A program made the position numbers and the translations under genes. DNA of 36,387 nucleotides from an uncultured Candidatus Saccharibacteria bacterium (GTDB lineage: Bacteria > Patescibacteriota > Saccharimonadia > QS-5-54-17), in the NCBI GenBank assembly GCA_964489295.1, contig CAZAXT010000002.1, forward strand, positions 5,263 through 41,649, given 5' to 3'. The notes beneath the pieces are model-generated. The model worked only from the letters and a program-made list of their open reading frames with translations. It was not told the origin of the DNA and searched no databases. Below, one piece after another: positions 19,401 through 28,171 of this stretch (position 1 is the first letter of the stretch; each line of letters opens with the position of its first letter).

Positions 19401-19738
19401 AATTGCGCTCCGTTATAAAAATACTGGGGATGCTGGTTGATAACTTCCACACCGAAACTGTGGAACGTATGGATGGCAACCTTATGGGCGTCAATGCCGA
19501 TCAAATCCAAAAGCCGTTCACGCATGGCCATAGCCGCTGACTCAGTAAAAGTCAGACACAATATATTTCTCGGTAATACATCCGTGGAACGAAGAATGTT
19601 TGCTACCCGCATACTCAACAGCTGTGTTTTCCCGGTGCCGGGACCGGCGACCACCATAACCGGCCCATAGATACAATCCACCGCCGACTTCTGAGCGGTA
19701 TTCAGTTTTTTGTACTCAGCTTCGAACTCGGACATCAC
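16466..19738 (-). CDS. UvrD/PcrA-like SF1A helicase fused to a C-terminal PD-(D/E)XK (RecB-like) nuclease
   Basis: LNTAQ, AGPGTGKT, LTFT, VDEFQD, VGDDDQAIYKFQGA, NYRS, TAHKAKGKE, FVAMTRAK; C-terminal LSGAIDK...YDFKTG...YKTQL.FY. Confidence 0.93.
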   Translation of the reverse strand: MMSEFEAEYKKLNTAQKSAVDCIYGPVMVVAGPGTGKTQLLSMRVANILRSTDVLPRNILCLTFTESAAMAMRERLLDLIGIDAHKVAIHTFHSFGVEVINQHPQYFYNGAQFAPSDEILQIEILRDILQRLPHDNPLTSTMNDAFVYLGSIIGAIGNLKKAGLEAPELRTVLDDNQSAIQQIEPLLQDAFHVTRFSKSDIPGVREALEKMPESSSPDLPEPFQPLSEIIRSSLEEAVDEAEATGSTKPITAWKSVWLHKNEDNQYVFKDRSHNDRLYALADVYERYQAELRRRQRYDFSDMVLHVLHALESYPDLRHELQEQYQFLLVDEFQDTNDAQLRILYALNDNPVHEGNPDVMVVGDDDQAIYKFQGAEVSNILHFRDTYPESQVITLRHNYRSRQEILDEARTVITQGETRLETTLSDVDKTVEAADPPEDGQIMYTQLETPVHEYTWVAREIRRLLDSGVPAREIAIIGRQHAYLEQLMPHMRAASIPVVYERRQNVLEEYHISQLIDMAYATHYIAEGDHDAANEYVSRVLSFPFWEVDPVDIWHISTRAYQQRKYWLDVMLQSDDPYIAKIARFLLECARRATSEPLEYVLDRLIGSRKGADFRSPYREYHFSNQRFADNRGEYMAFLSALRLLREKLQEYRRREVIYVRDFVEFVELHRENNMPIVDETPFVSSEDAVHVLTAHKAKGKEYDTVFIINAQESIWAGEGGRKLLTFPGNMPITPAGDHLDDQLRLFFVAMTRAKSNVYITGHVRDNAGKTSLLVPFLDHDGFEYTDLDSEEVEYGLERSWQSYHPLPRESDAQAVLKPILDAYQLNVTHLLKFLDVAWNGPHTFLLESLLHFPQAQTASAAYGSAIHATLRETYRSVKDGQPMDLDRVLALFGDVLAEQRMRDHEYEAYLRQGHQELSRYLQERYHAFDPAHLIETDFKKQGVTIHDARLSGAIDKMVLNQDKTCHVYDFKTGKPLTGWNKNSGNDALKAWRYKTQLIFYKLLVENSRSWSDYSVDCGVLEFIRPYKDRVITLEYAMDETDVERVALLIRAVWQRIQNLDFPDVSTYSRDISGVQQFEDDLLSEMNDAQS

Positions 19739-19834
19739 GCTCCAGTATAGCAGTGACGGAAACGCTGAAAGCGCAATAGTAATTGCGCACCGGGCGGCTG
19801 CATATGCAAAATGGGTATGCGATATCTTTGGATG

Positions 19835-20095
19835 TTACTGCGGATTCTCGGATATCACTTCAAGCGCGTCGGTTTCCAGCGTGCCTTCGATATCAACATC
19901 TTGCAAAAACTGCTCTGCCCGGCTCAAATCCTCCGCCGCTTCGATATCTGGCGTGGAAATAGCATGCGATTGAGTTTCTTCCCTATCCTGATTGCTCTGA
20001 TGCCAGGACCACAACCCGAACGCCAACAAACCAACAACAACGACCACGAGTATGGCCTCCGTGATACTAAAGCCCGCGTCCCGATTATCCGACAT
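19835..20095 (-). CDS. Small type IV pilin-like protein (class III signal peptide)
   Basis: MSDNRDAG|FSITEAILVVVVVGLLAFG: G-1/F+1, E+5 and a hydrophobic helix; short acidic C-terminus. Confidence 0.75.
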   Translation of the reverse strand: MSDNRDAGFSITEAILVVVVVGLLAFGLWSWHQSNQDREETQSHAISTPDIEAAEDLSRAEQFLQDVDIEGTLETDALEVISENPQ

Positions 20096-20768
20096 ATATC
20101 CCCCCGTTCGTTACCATCGGATATACAGTTGGCGCATCGATAGGTTGGTTGCCATAAATATTACGCCGGTGTGTATGCAGCCAGGCTGAATCGGTGGCTT
20201 CTTGCATGGTGTGGGGAAGTCGCAGCAACTGATCCCGATAGACATCGAGAGCTTCGCGAACTTCTTCGACCGCTATGGCGAAACGAACGAGTCGCTCACC
20301 GACGTTACTATCGGCGCAATCAAATTCGAACCGGTATTTTTGAACGACCGTAACCGCGGCCGACGTGTTCGCCTGAGCGGTGTCGACCGAATCCAGACGA
20401 CTATCATACGTAGCCGTACGTATATTCTCCTTTTCGGCCAAAGTCCGGAGCTCCGTATCGACCCGGCGCAAGGCGTTTTCGAGGTTGCTGACCCGGGTGG
20501 CAAGATCCGGTATGGCTTGCTGTATGCGGGATTTCGCGTCCGCGCATGTTTGTCCGGACATGCTGGTGGTGCGTGCTTCGGCTTCACCGCGTATCCGTTC
20601 TTGACGTTGTTGGGCGCTTTCTTGGGTTGGAGCCAGATTCTGATCGGTTTGTCCGTCCGGAGGCTGGTGTTCGTGCCCCGCATGCGCTCCTACGGATGGA
20701 AGCATCGTAAATACGACACAGACGACGCTGATGGTTGCCAAAAAAGACGCAATAAAGAACGGTTTCAT
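20085..20768 (-). CDS. Exported alpha-helical (coiled-coil) protein with one Cys pair in the mature part
   Basis: Signal peptide MKPFF...SVGA, then HAGHEH, long heptad-like helices, Cys in QTCAD and FDCAD. Start set at MKPFF. Confidence 0.7.
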   Translation of the reverse strand: MKPFFIASFLATISVVCVVFTMLPSVGAHAGHEHQPPDGQTDQNLAPTQESAQQRQERIRGEAEARTTSMSGQTCADAKSRIQQAIPDLATRVSNLENALRRVDTELRTLAEKENIRTATYDSRLDSVDTAQANTSAAVTVVQKYRFEFDCADSNVGERLVRFAIAVEEVREALDVYRDQLLRLPHTMQEATDSAWLHTHRRNIYGNQPIDAPTVYPMVTNGGIYVG

Positions 20769-20888
20769 AATGTCATCTTTTGTTGTACCTATTGGCATCC
20801 TGCATAACGTCAAACACGCTTACAAACTACCGGTTGATGCGCCAGCGTTCGTTGGATGGGATTTTCGACAAACACTGAGCCTTGGGTA

Positions 20889-21515
20889 CTAGTTCGAGTC
20901 AGCAGTTCGTGAAGCACTGGCAGTAATGTTGACACCCGATTCATCGTCACTGGGCGCTGATATGACAACACGGAGCTGCAGTCCGTTGTCGTGTTCGGCT
21001 ACATACGATGATCTGTTATTGCTCGTGGATGTCGAGGTCGTCTGCCATCCGTTTTCACTCAGAGAGCGTTGATAAAAGTCCGACACTTCCTGTGTACTGG
21101 CTTGCGTACTCCACGTTGCCGAATACCCGGAAACGCTATCCTGGGTCTGCGAGCTGGAGCTTATCACTTCGGCTGGATCGAATACCGGAATTTCCTGGGG
21201 GAAATCGTCCGGCAATTCGGTCTGCATTGAAAAGCCATTATCCGTTGAGTCATCACTCGTGTCGCCGCCGTTCGTTTCTACCTGAACCTCATCAGCCGCG
21301 TCTGACACTTCATCGGCTACTTTGTTAAACAAAAGTCCGATGGCGATAGCGGCCAGTACCCCTAGTAGAATCAGCACACCGACAATAATGAGTACTATTT
21401 TGAGCGCTTTATTGTTGGAACCGCCCGAGGTGTTCTGTTGCTCGTTCGCGGTTGCGTTCTCCGTCTGCTGTTGTTGTGTATCACCTGACTCTGGATTATG
21501 TTCGTTATCCGCCAT
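20889..21515 (-). CDS. Single-pass membrane protein with an extracellular LPxxFPxxIP-type domain
   Basis: SD AAGGAGG; polar N-terminus, TM helix, acidic linker, ELPDDFPQEIPV...FYQRSLSENGW. Confidence 0.8.
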   Translation of the reverse strand: MADNEHNPESGDTQQQQTENATANEQQNTSGGSNNKALKIVLIIVGVLILLGVLAAIAIGLLFNKVADEVSDAADEVQVETNGGDTSDDSTDNGFSMQTELPDDFPQEIPVFDPAEVISSSSQTQDSVSGYSATWSTQASTQEVSDFYQRSLSENGWQTTSTSTSNNRSSYVAEHDNGLQLRVVISAPSDDESGVNITASASRTADSN

Positions 21516-21558
21516 CACTCCTCCTTGGTTCTTAATTTATGCATGTTCCCTTGAGATG

Positions 21559-21957
21559 CTACTTGAGTAATGAGATACCGCCGATCAACGGCAATGGCTT
21601 CTTTTCTTCATTGACTACATTGATGATACCCATGATCACCAGTATAACCCCGAAGATCCAGATTATTGCCCAAAGAAGGAATCCAATCAATATAAACATT
21701 AATATCCAACTGACAATATTCCCGATCACCCAAAACAAGAGTAGATTTAATTGCTGATTGGCGTGATACATGGCAAAGTCGTTGTTTTTCATGTCCATTA
21801 CCATGGGAAGGAAAAACAAAATAGGCATTAGATAGCCAATAATGCCGGTGGCTTTGGCGTTATCCGCATCACCGGCTGTTTGCTCGGATTGTGTATCCGT
21901 TTGTTCCTGCGTATTCCGCATTTTTTGTGTTTCTTCGGTGTTTTGTGGCTCCGCCAT
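21559..21957 (-). CDS. DUF4870-like membrane protein
   Basis: GYLMPILFFLP, FAMYHANQQL, MGIINVVNEEKKPLPLIG; SD GGAGGT and TGTTATAAT upstream of MAEPQ. Confidence 0.85.
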   Translation of the reverse strand: MAEPQNTEETQKMRNTQEQTDTQSEQTAGDADNAKATGIIGYLMPILFFLPMVMDMKNNDFAMYHANQQLNLLLFWVIGNIVSWILMFILIGFLLWAIIWIFGVILVIMGIINVVNEEKKPLPLIGGISLLK

Positions 21958-22047
21958 ATCCGTACCTCCGTTATTTATTGTTTTAATTATAACACATATA
22001 CGACCGATGCAAGCAAAAATATCCGGAATATACGATATAATCGGTGT

Positions 22048-23490
22048 ATGCAGGAATGGCCACAATTTACCGCTGCTCACGCTGCCGCCCTGAATTTAAA
22101 CGAGGCGGGTTTCGAAGCTTACATCATCGGTGGTGCCGTCCGGGATATGCTGCTTGGGTACATCCCGAAAGATTTTGATCTGGTAACGAACGCGACTCCT
22201 GATGAAGTCACTAGTATCGCCGATTTCAAACAACCACGATACATCGACACCTCCCAGGCCTATGGAGTCACGCGCGTCCGGATCCCGGTACCTTCGGATG
22301 CCGGCGACATCCAGGACGTGGAACTGGAAATCGCCACTTATCGCCGAGACATAGAAGCCCACCTGGGTCGGACTCAAACCAAAGTCGAGTTCGCCTATCT
22401 GGAAGATGACATCCAACGCCGGGATTTCACTGTTAACGCATTGGCGCTTGACCCGGCCACGTATCAATTAATCGATATCGTCGACGGATTGTCGGATTTA
22501 GAAAATACGTTGATACGGTTTATCGGCGAGCCCGAGACCCGGATTCAGGAAGACCCGCTTCGTATCCTCCGAGCGATCCGGCTCAAAAACCAACTGGCGT
22601 TCCAGTACGATGACGAAACACATCACGCGTTACACCAATCGATCCGGCACAACACGCTGGATGACATCGCCACGGACAGGATCAAATTCGAGTTAACCTA
22701 CATGCTGATACACAAACACCGATCCTCCGCCTTGACCGATCTGGACGAGTTGGACACGTTCGACGCATTGCTTCCGGAAGTGGCCGCCCAAAAAGGCGTT
22801 GCCCAACCCGAAACGATCCATGCCGAAGGAGACGTATGGCGGCACTGTATGCTGACGATGCAGTATTTGCCGGACATCATCAGCCCCCGTTTGGCATGGG
22901 CGGCGTTACTCCATGACACCGGCAAAGTCACCACGGCTCGTTCACCGGAAGACACTGGCGACCGGATCCGTTTTGACCAGCATTACCTCGAGGGTGCTAA
23001 GATAGCCCGCCGCGTATTGAAACAGCTGGGCTTCGGGAAACGATTCCGGGAAGAGGTCGCCTGGATGGTGCATCATCACTTAGCTATCGACGATCTTCCC
23101 CGGATGCGCCCCGGCCGGGCTAAACACATGATGAGTCATCCCGCCTTTGCCGATCTACTGGAGCTGCATAAAGCCGACGCCCACGCGGCATGGAGTGTCA
23201 GCGACTCGGGTGCCGTAGATTCTGGTCCGGCCGATTTTCCCGAACTCGAACGGATATGGCACGACTTCCAACAACAAACCCATCAATACCCGCCCTCGCT
23301 CAAACATGACCTTGGCATCGATGGCACATGGTTGATGCGAAACTTCCAACTTTCCGGCGGACCGCGCATCGGGGAAATCCTGGGTATACTGGAAGAGAAA
23401 TACCTTGATGAGGAGATCGCTACTACAGAGGATGCTGAAGCAGCGGTCACGCATTACTTACGACACGGGTCAAACGAAGATAGCGGATAG
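22048..23490 (+). CDS. cca: Class II tRNA nucleotidyltransferase (CCA-adding/poly(A) polymerase family) with HD domain
   Basis: GGAVRD..KDFD, EIATYR, RRDFTVNA, EDPLRILRA, HAEGDVWRH, ALLHDTGK; ATG 22048 is 6 nt after TATAAT. Confidence 0.9.
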   Translation: MQEWPQFTAAHAAALNLNEAGFEAYIIGGAVRDMLLGYIPKDFDLVTNATPDEVTSIADFKQPRYIDTSQAYGVTRVRIPVPSDAGDIQDVELEIATYRRDIEAHLGRTQTKVEFAYLEDDIQRRDFTVNALALDPATYQLIDIVDGLSDLENTLIRFIGEPETRIQEDPLRILRAIRLKNQLAFQYDDETHHALHQSIRHNTLDDIATDRIKFELTYMLIHKHRSSALTDLDELDTFDALLPEVAAQKGVAQPETIHAEGDVWRHCMLTMQYLPDIISPRLAWAALLHDTGKVTTARSPEDTGDRIRFDQHYLEGAKIARRVLKQLGFGKRFREEVAWMVHHHLAIDDLPRMRPGRAKHMMSHPAFADLLELHKADAHAAWSVSDSGAVDSGPADFPELERIWHDFQQQTHQYPPSLKHDLGIDGTWLMRNFQLSGGPRIGEILGILEEKYLDEEIATTEDAEAAVTHYLRHGSNEDSG

Positions 23491-23508
23491 GTCCCGAAGT
23501 ATCCGAAT

Positions 23509-24354
23509 CTAATTTTGTTCGAAGTCAGTATGCTCCGTCCCAACCCAGACATATTCCCATAACTCAGCTTCCGGCCCGAGTTTATCCACTCCTTCAGGGT
23601 AGCTTGGCAGGAAACCGTATTCACGTGCGTTGGCGTACTCATTGTCGCTTAACCACTCATACGCTTCTGTCTGGCCGAATTGATCCAGCGACTGATTGGC
23701 AACGGCGTCATTGACATCGATCGTATAGCCACTGTGGTGCTTGGAGTAACCGGGGATGGAGTACTCTTGGAGTACTGCGTTGATATCTTCATCGGCTTCA
23801 CCGTTCGTGATTTGCTGGGCCGTGTACCGACTACCCTGTTCTTCCTTGGCTCGCTGAGCTAATTGTGAATCAAAAATAATTTGCTGTGTTTCGACCGAAC
23901 GATATCCCGACACCAAACGCAGTGATATATTGTCTTCGCTGGCCGCTTGCTTCAGTCGCTGCCATGCCTCGATCGCCTCGGGCTGCAACTGTTCACCGTT
24001 GATGTTCTCGAGCGAACGGTTGGGCGTATACTGCAACCGATATCCCCGCTCCTCGGCGATACTCCGAATGTGACGATCAACAGCACCATTACTCACTATT
24101 TCCGGCGGTTCACTGATGCGGTCCACACCCGGTAAATCTACTTCGTAATATCGCTCGACAAACCGTTCCGCAATAGGAGTTTGTGGTTGCGGGGTATCCT
24201 GTTGGGTGTTTTGGGATTGTCGCTCATCTTGTTGGCTTTCCTGCCGGGATTGGTACCACTGCCATCCATACCAACCCGCTGCTCCGAGTAAAAGTATGAC
24301 GGCTATAAGTAAAAGCGCTTTGGGCCATTTTTTCTGAGCTACATGTTTATCCAT
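23509..24354 (-). CDS. Membrane-anchored M15B/VanY-like peptidoglycan carboxypeptidase
   Basis: TM anchor, Q-rich linker, LVSGYRS, PGYSKHHSGYTID, YEWL..N...YGF..SYP, ELWEY. Start set at MDKHV after SD GAGGGG. Confidence 0.85.
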   Translation of the reverse strand: MDKHVAQKKWPKALLLIAVILLLGAAGWYGWQWYQSRQESQQDERQSQNTQQDTPQPQTPIAERFVERYYEVDLPGVDRISEPPEIVSNGAVDRHIRSIAEERGYRLQYTPNRSLENINGEQLQPEAIEAWQRLKQAASEDNISLRLVSGYRSVETQQIIFDSQLAQRAKEEQGSRYTAQQITNGEADEDINAVLQEYSIPGYSKHHSGYTIDVNDAVANQSLDQFGQTEAYEWLSDNEYANAREYGFLPSYPEGVDKLGPEAELWEYVWVGTEHTDFEQN

Positions 24355-24536
24355 GGTAATTTCCGTCCCCTCGTGTACCGTCATTGTACCAACGTTTCAT
24401 ATGATCCGATACACGTTGACTGTCTCGGTTATTGCAATATCCCGATGTTACACAAACCCCGTATCAAGCGGTGAAAAATTGCTAATGCTCGTGGTTATTT
24501 GCTACCATAAACACAGATAGTCAGGGGAGGATGAGT

Positions 24537-25676
24537 ATGCGTTTGATGCGTTTGATCGTAGTAGTGCTGGCGATAACGCTTGTCGGGTTCGGGGGTGTAG
24601 CCTACGCCGCGGACATACAAACCAGCGAAACGGTAACCGTAGCTTCCGGGGAAACGATCGAGGACGACCTGTTTGCTTCTGCCACGACGATCCGCATCGA
24701 CGGTACGGTGGCCGGCGATGCCTATGTAGCGGGCGAACAAGTTACCATCACCGGTACCGTGGAAGGTGACGTTTTTGCTGCGGCACAGAGCATTAATGTC
24801 AGTGGCTCGGTCGGAAGTATCCGGGCTGCCAGCCAATCCGTAAACTTCTCCGGCGCCACGGTGGACGGCGGCGTAACGTATTTCGGGAATACCTATAGCA
24901 GCAATCAACAAACCCGGGTTAATGATGGAATTCTGTTCTTTGGTAATACCGGCACGTTCGCCGGAGACATCGCGCATGGAATTACCGCGTTCGCCCAGAC
25001 AGTAGTCGTACCCGGTACGATCGGCACCGATTCGACTATTACGTCCGAAACGTTCCGTGTCACGGAATCAGCCACTGTTAACGGTCCCGTCACCCACCGT
25101 TCCGCTACCGAGCCGGAGATAGCTCCGGGCGCCCAGATCGACGGAGAGATCATCCGGGAGGATAGACCCCAGGAAATGCAATTCACTAGTGGATTGGAAA
25201 ATGCGGCCTTCCTGTTTTCGCTGTGGTCGTTCATAGCAGCACTCGTGACCGGTGCCGTCCTATTGCTCATCGTCCGCAAACCATTCTCCGAAACGGCAAG
25301 CACGGTGATGAAACGACCGTGGGCAAGTCTGGGATGGGGTGTTATCGCGCTTGCTATCCTCGGGCCGCTTTTGTTGCTCCTGCTTCTCACCGTAGTAGGC
25401 ATACCGCTAGCTATTATTTTACTTGGCCTCGCGCTGGCGGCTTTGTATATAAGCAAATTCGTCGTTGGTATCGCACTGGGGAAAGTCGTGCTCTCGTGGG
25501 TTAACCATTCCAGACGGCCACGTCTGTTCGAGAGTTTCTTCATTGGTTTGCTAATCCTCTACATACTCCATTTCATCCCCTTCATATCCTTCCTGGTCTC
25601 CTTGCTGGTGGCCATTCTTGGAGTCGGGGCCATTCTGCTTTACGCAACATCGGCCATCCGCGCCCAACACCGGTAA
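24537..25676 (+). CDS. Exported bactofilin-like (polymer-forming) beta-helix protein with C-terminal multi-TM domain
   Basis: Signal peptide ending AYA, about 15-aa repeats (IDGTVAGDAYVAGEQV / ITGTVEGDVFAAAQSI), then 4-5 TM helices with TVVGIPLA and HFIPF; SD AGGGGAGG favours ATG 24537 over 24531. Confidence 0.82.
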   Translation: MRLMRLIVVVLAITLVGFGGVAYAADIQTSETVTVASGETIEDDLFASATTIRIDGTVAGDAYVAGEQVTITGTVEGDVFAAAQSINVSGSVGSIRAASQSVNFSGATVDGGVTYFGNTYSSNQQTRVNDGILFFGNTGTFAGDIAHGITAFAQTVVVPGTIGTDSTITSETFRVTESATVNGPVTHRSATEPEIAPGAQIDGEIIREDRPQEMQFTSGLENAAFLFSLWSFIAALVTGAVLLLIVRKPFSETASTVMKRPWASLGWGVIALAILGPLLLLLLLTVVGIPLAIILLGLALAALYISKFVVGIALGKVVLSWVNHSRRPRLFESFFIGLLILYILHFIPFISFLVSLLVAILGVGAILLYATSAIRAQHR

Positions 25677-25723
25677 GCCGGGTGAAACACCGGAAAGGTG
25701 CGTGCACAACAACCCGCCATCGA

Positions 25724-26452
25724 CTACTCCCTCTTGCAAGCTCGCACCAAAACTGAGGTACCGAATGGGAAATTCAGATACTGCATTACCCGGGCTTCTA
25801 CGCGCAACAGCGATACAAAAAGACGGTTGATGAACCCTGGAAGCATTACATAGGATGTTTCTTGTCTGCGGGATAATGTTTTCTCCAACACCCGGAATCC
25901 GACGATAAGCGGGAACGAAAAAACGATCGCATAACTGCGTTTCGTCACCGAATAGTTGGCATGGTTGAGTTTTCGACAGAGACCCGAGGCCCGGTATCGA
26001 CGATAGTGATGGAGACTCTCGTCATGACCGCTCCACAACCACTGGTAGGCCGGTACCGTTATCAGTAAAGAACCGCTGGGTTTAAGCACCCGCCGCCACT
26101 CCCGCAGCGCCGACTCGTCACGCTCGATATGCTCCAAAACGTCCAGAGCTACGACCGCATCGAAGTGATTATCCGGAAACGGCAGACGTACACCATCCAC
26201 GTGATGTACTCGTTTAATGCCCCTCTTTTTTAAGAATGCGATCGCTTCTGCAGAGCTATCTACGTTGGTAACTTCACCGTATTGCTCCAATACCGGCACC
26301 ATTCCGCCGGTGCCCGAACCGACATTAAGAATGGTATTGCTTTCCCGGGGCACCATCCGTCGCAACTGCCGCTGCACGATATCCTTACGTCCCACGTGCC
26401 ACCAGTACATATCTTCCAGCTCGGCCATGGCCTGATACTCCGAGATATTCAT
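25724..26452 (-). CDS. Class I SAM-dependent methyltransferase (Methyltransf_11 type, often glycan-associated)
   Basis: YWWHVGR, ILNVGSGTG, LPFPDNHFD, LDVLEH, RVLKPSG.LLITVPAYQWLWSGHD...HYRRY, PFGTS. Confidence 0.9.
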   Translation of the reverse strand: MNISEYQAMAELEDMYWWHVGRKDIVQRQLRRMVPRESNTILNVGSGTGGMVPVLEQYGEVTNVDSSAEAIAFLKKRGIKRVHHVDGVRLPFPDNHFDAVVALDVLEHIERDESALREWRRVLKPSGSLLITVPAYQWLWSGHDESLHHYRRYRASGLCRKLNHANYSVTKRSYAIVFSFPLIVGFRVLEKTLSRRQETSYVMLPGFINRLFVSLLRVEARVMQYLNFPFGTSVLVRACKRE

Positions 26453-26604
26453 ATAATCACCTTTTCATACATTGCCCAATCGTAACAGCCGGGCGTTAGT
26501 GTTTGTATGCCCTCCGAGTATGCGCCCGCTTCAGGTCTTATCCGTGACGGGATTCGTGATAGCACATGCTTCCGGAAGCTCGCCAGTTTGTTATGATACA
26601 CAGT

Positions 26605-28161
26605 ATGCAAAGGGTAAACGCGATCCTGAACCGGTTCAATATGTATATCCTGATGCGGGTGTATCTGGGAACGCTTATTCTGATCGCCGCCGGTTTGAGT
26701 TTCCTGGACTACCTCCCCTATGACAGCGTCGACATTTTACTGACAAGCATATACTTGATCGTCGCGTGCATAGCATTCAACTGGGTATTCGCGTGGTGGC
26801 ATAAAGCCGCCACCAGCTTGGACTCCCCTATCATAACCGCCATGATCCTGACGTTGATAGTCAGTCCGTTGTCGCTGACCACTATCTGGTGGTTACCCGG
26901 TGTACTTGCGTTTGTGGCTATGGCCGTAAAGTACAACCTCTCGTTTTACCCCTCGCATATTTTCAACCCGGCCGCGCTCGCCGTGGTGATCAGTGCTGTG
27001 GTGCTCAGCCAGCCCGCCAGCTGGTGGGTCGGCACCCAGCTTTTAACACCGTTCATAATCCTGGGCGGCCTGGTTATCATTCAAAAGATCCAGCGGTGGG
27101 AGTTAATCGGCACGTTCCTGGGTGCATATCTTTTCCTGACCGTTGCCATATCAATGGTGCAGGGCACGTTATCTTCCCTGCCAACGACACTGGAAACCCT
27201 GCTTTTGTATTCACCGTTGTTATTCTTCACCTTTGTCATGCTGGTGGAGCCGGCGACATCCCCGACCAAACTCCGGAATCAGATCACATACGGAGCGACT
27301 ACCGCCGTAGCCGTTGTACTCTTGCAGCATGTGGACATAGCCGCCCTGCTCGGGAATCCCGGGATAACCCTGCCGAGCGGATTCGAATTGGGATTACTGC
27401 TTGGCAACGTATTCGCCGCGGTCAGTGAACCCAGTAGGCGGCATAAACTAAAACTTACCGCTACTACTGAAGAAGCCGCCGATACGGCCAGTTTCCATTT
27501 TAAAAAGCCGTTTAAACTGACATACGCACCGGGGCAATTCATGGTGTGGACACTGCCCCATCGACACGCCGACGCCCGGGGAAACCGGCGGTGGTTCACG
27601 ATTTCCTCATCCCCGACCGAAGACGAGTTGATGATCACTATGCGCTTCAGCGAGTCCTCAAGCAGCTTCAAGCGGGCTATCCGGCAACTGGAACCGGGTG
27701 ACCATATAACCGCTCATGGGCCGGGCGGGGAATTCACGCTCCCCAAAGATGCGGATCAACCATTGATATGGATTGCCGGCGGTATCGGTATTACACCCTT
27801 CCGGAGCATGGCGAAATACCTCTACGACACCGGCGAAACCCGCGACATTACCCTGTTCTACGGCAACCCGACCACCGAAGCCATCGCTTTCAAAGACACA
27901 TTTGACGACATAGCCGGCTCGATCGGCCTGAAGCCGGTATACGCCATCACCGATGAAACGCCGCCGGAGGGTACACAGTTCGAGTACGGCTTCATAAACG
28001 CCGATATGATCGAACGGCACGCGCCCGGCTACGCCGAAGCGGTGTTCTATCTCTCAGGCCCGCAACCCATGGTCGAGTCTTTCGAAGCCATGCTCCGGGA
28101 TATGGGCATCAAGCGGGACCGGATCAAAACCGATTACTTCCCTGGCTACGAAGATACGTAA
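26605..28161 (+). CDS. RnfD/NqrB-like membrane domain fused to an FNR-type FAD/NAD(P)H oxidoreductase
   Basis: N-half multi-TM with HIFNPAAL and FVMLVEPATSP; C-half PGQF, RWFTISSSP, GPGGEF, IAGGIGITPFRSM, YLSGPQPMV, DYFPGY. ATG 26605 is 7 nt after TGT-TATGAT. Confidence 0.88.
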   Translation: MQRVNAILNRFNMYILMRVYLGTLILIAAGLSFLDYLPYDSVDILLTSIYLIVACIAFNWVFAWWHKAATSLDSPIITAMILTLIVSPLSLTTIWWLPGVLAFVAMAVKYNLSFYPSHIFNPAALAVVISAVVLSQPASWWVGTQLLTPFIILGGLVIIQKIQRWELIGTFLGAYLFLTVAISMVQGTLSSLPTTLETLLLYSPLLFFTFVMLVEPATSPTKLRNQITYGATTAVAVVLLQHVDIAALLGNPGITLPSGFELGLLLGNVFAAVSEPSRRHKLKLTATTEEAADTASFHFKKPFKLTYAPGQFMVWTLPHRHADARGNRRWFTISSSPTEDELMITMRFSESSSSFKRAIRQLEPGDHITAHGPGGEFTLPKDADQPLIWIAGGIGITPFRSMAKYLYDTGETRDITLFYGNPTTEAIAFKDTFDDIAGSIGLKPVYAITDETPPEGTQFEYGFINADMIERHAPGYAEAVFYLSGPQPMVESFEAMLRDMGIKRDRIKTDYFPGYEDT

Positions 28162-28171
28162 CAGTCAAGGA

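Noticed and set aside
16466-19738. Anti-phage defence or Cas4-associated system
   Set aside because: No cas genes, repeat array or defence partners adjacent; the housekeeping context fits DNA repair.
23509-24354. Vancomycin resistance locus
   Set aside because: Only a lone VanY-fold gene; no vanHAX or vanRS.
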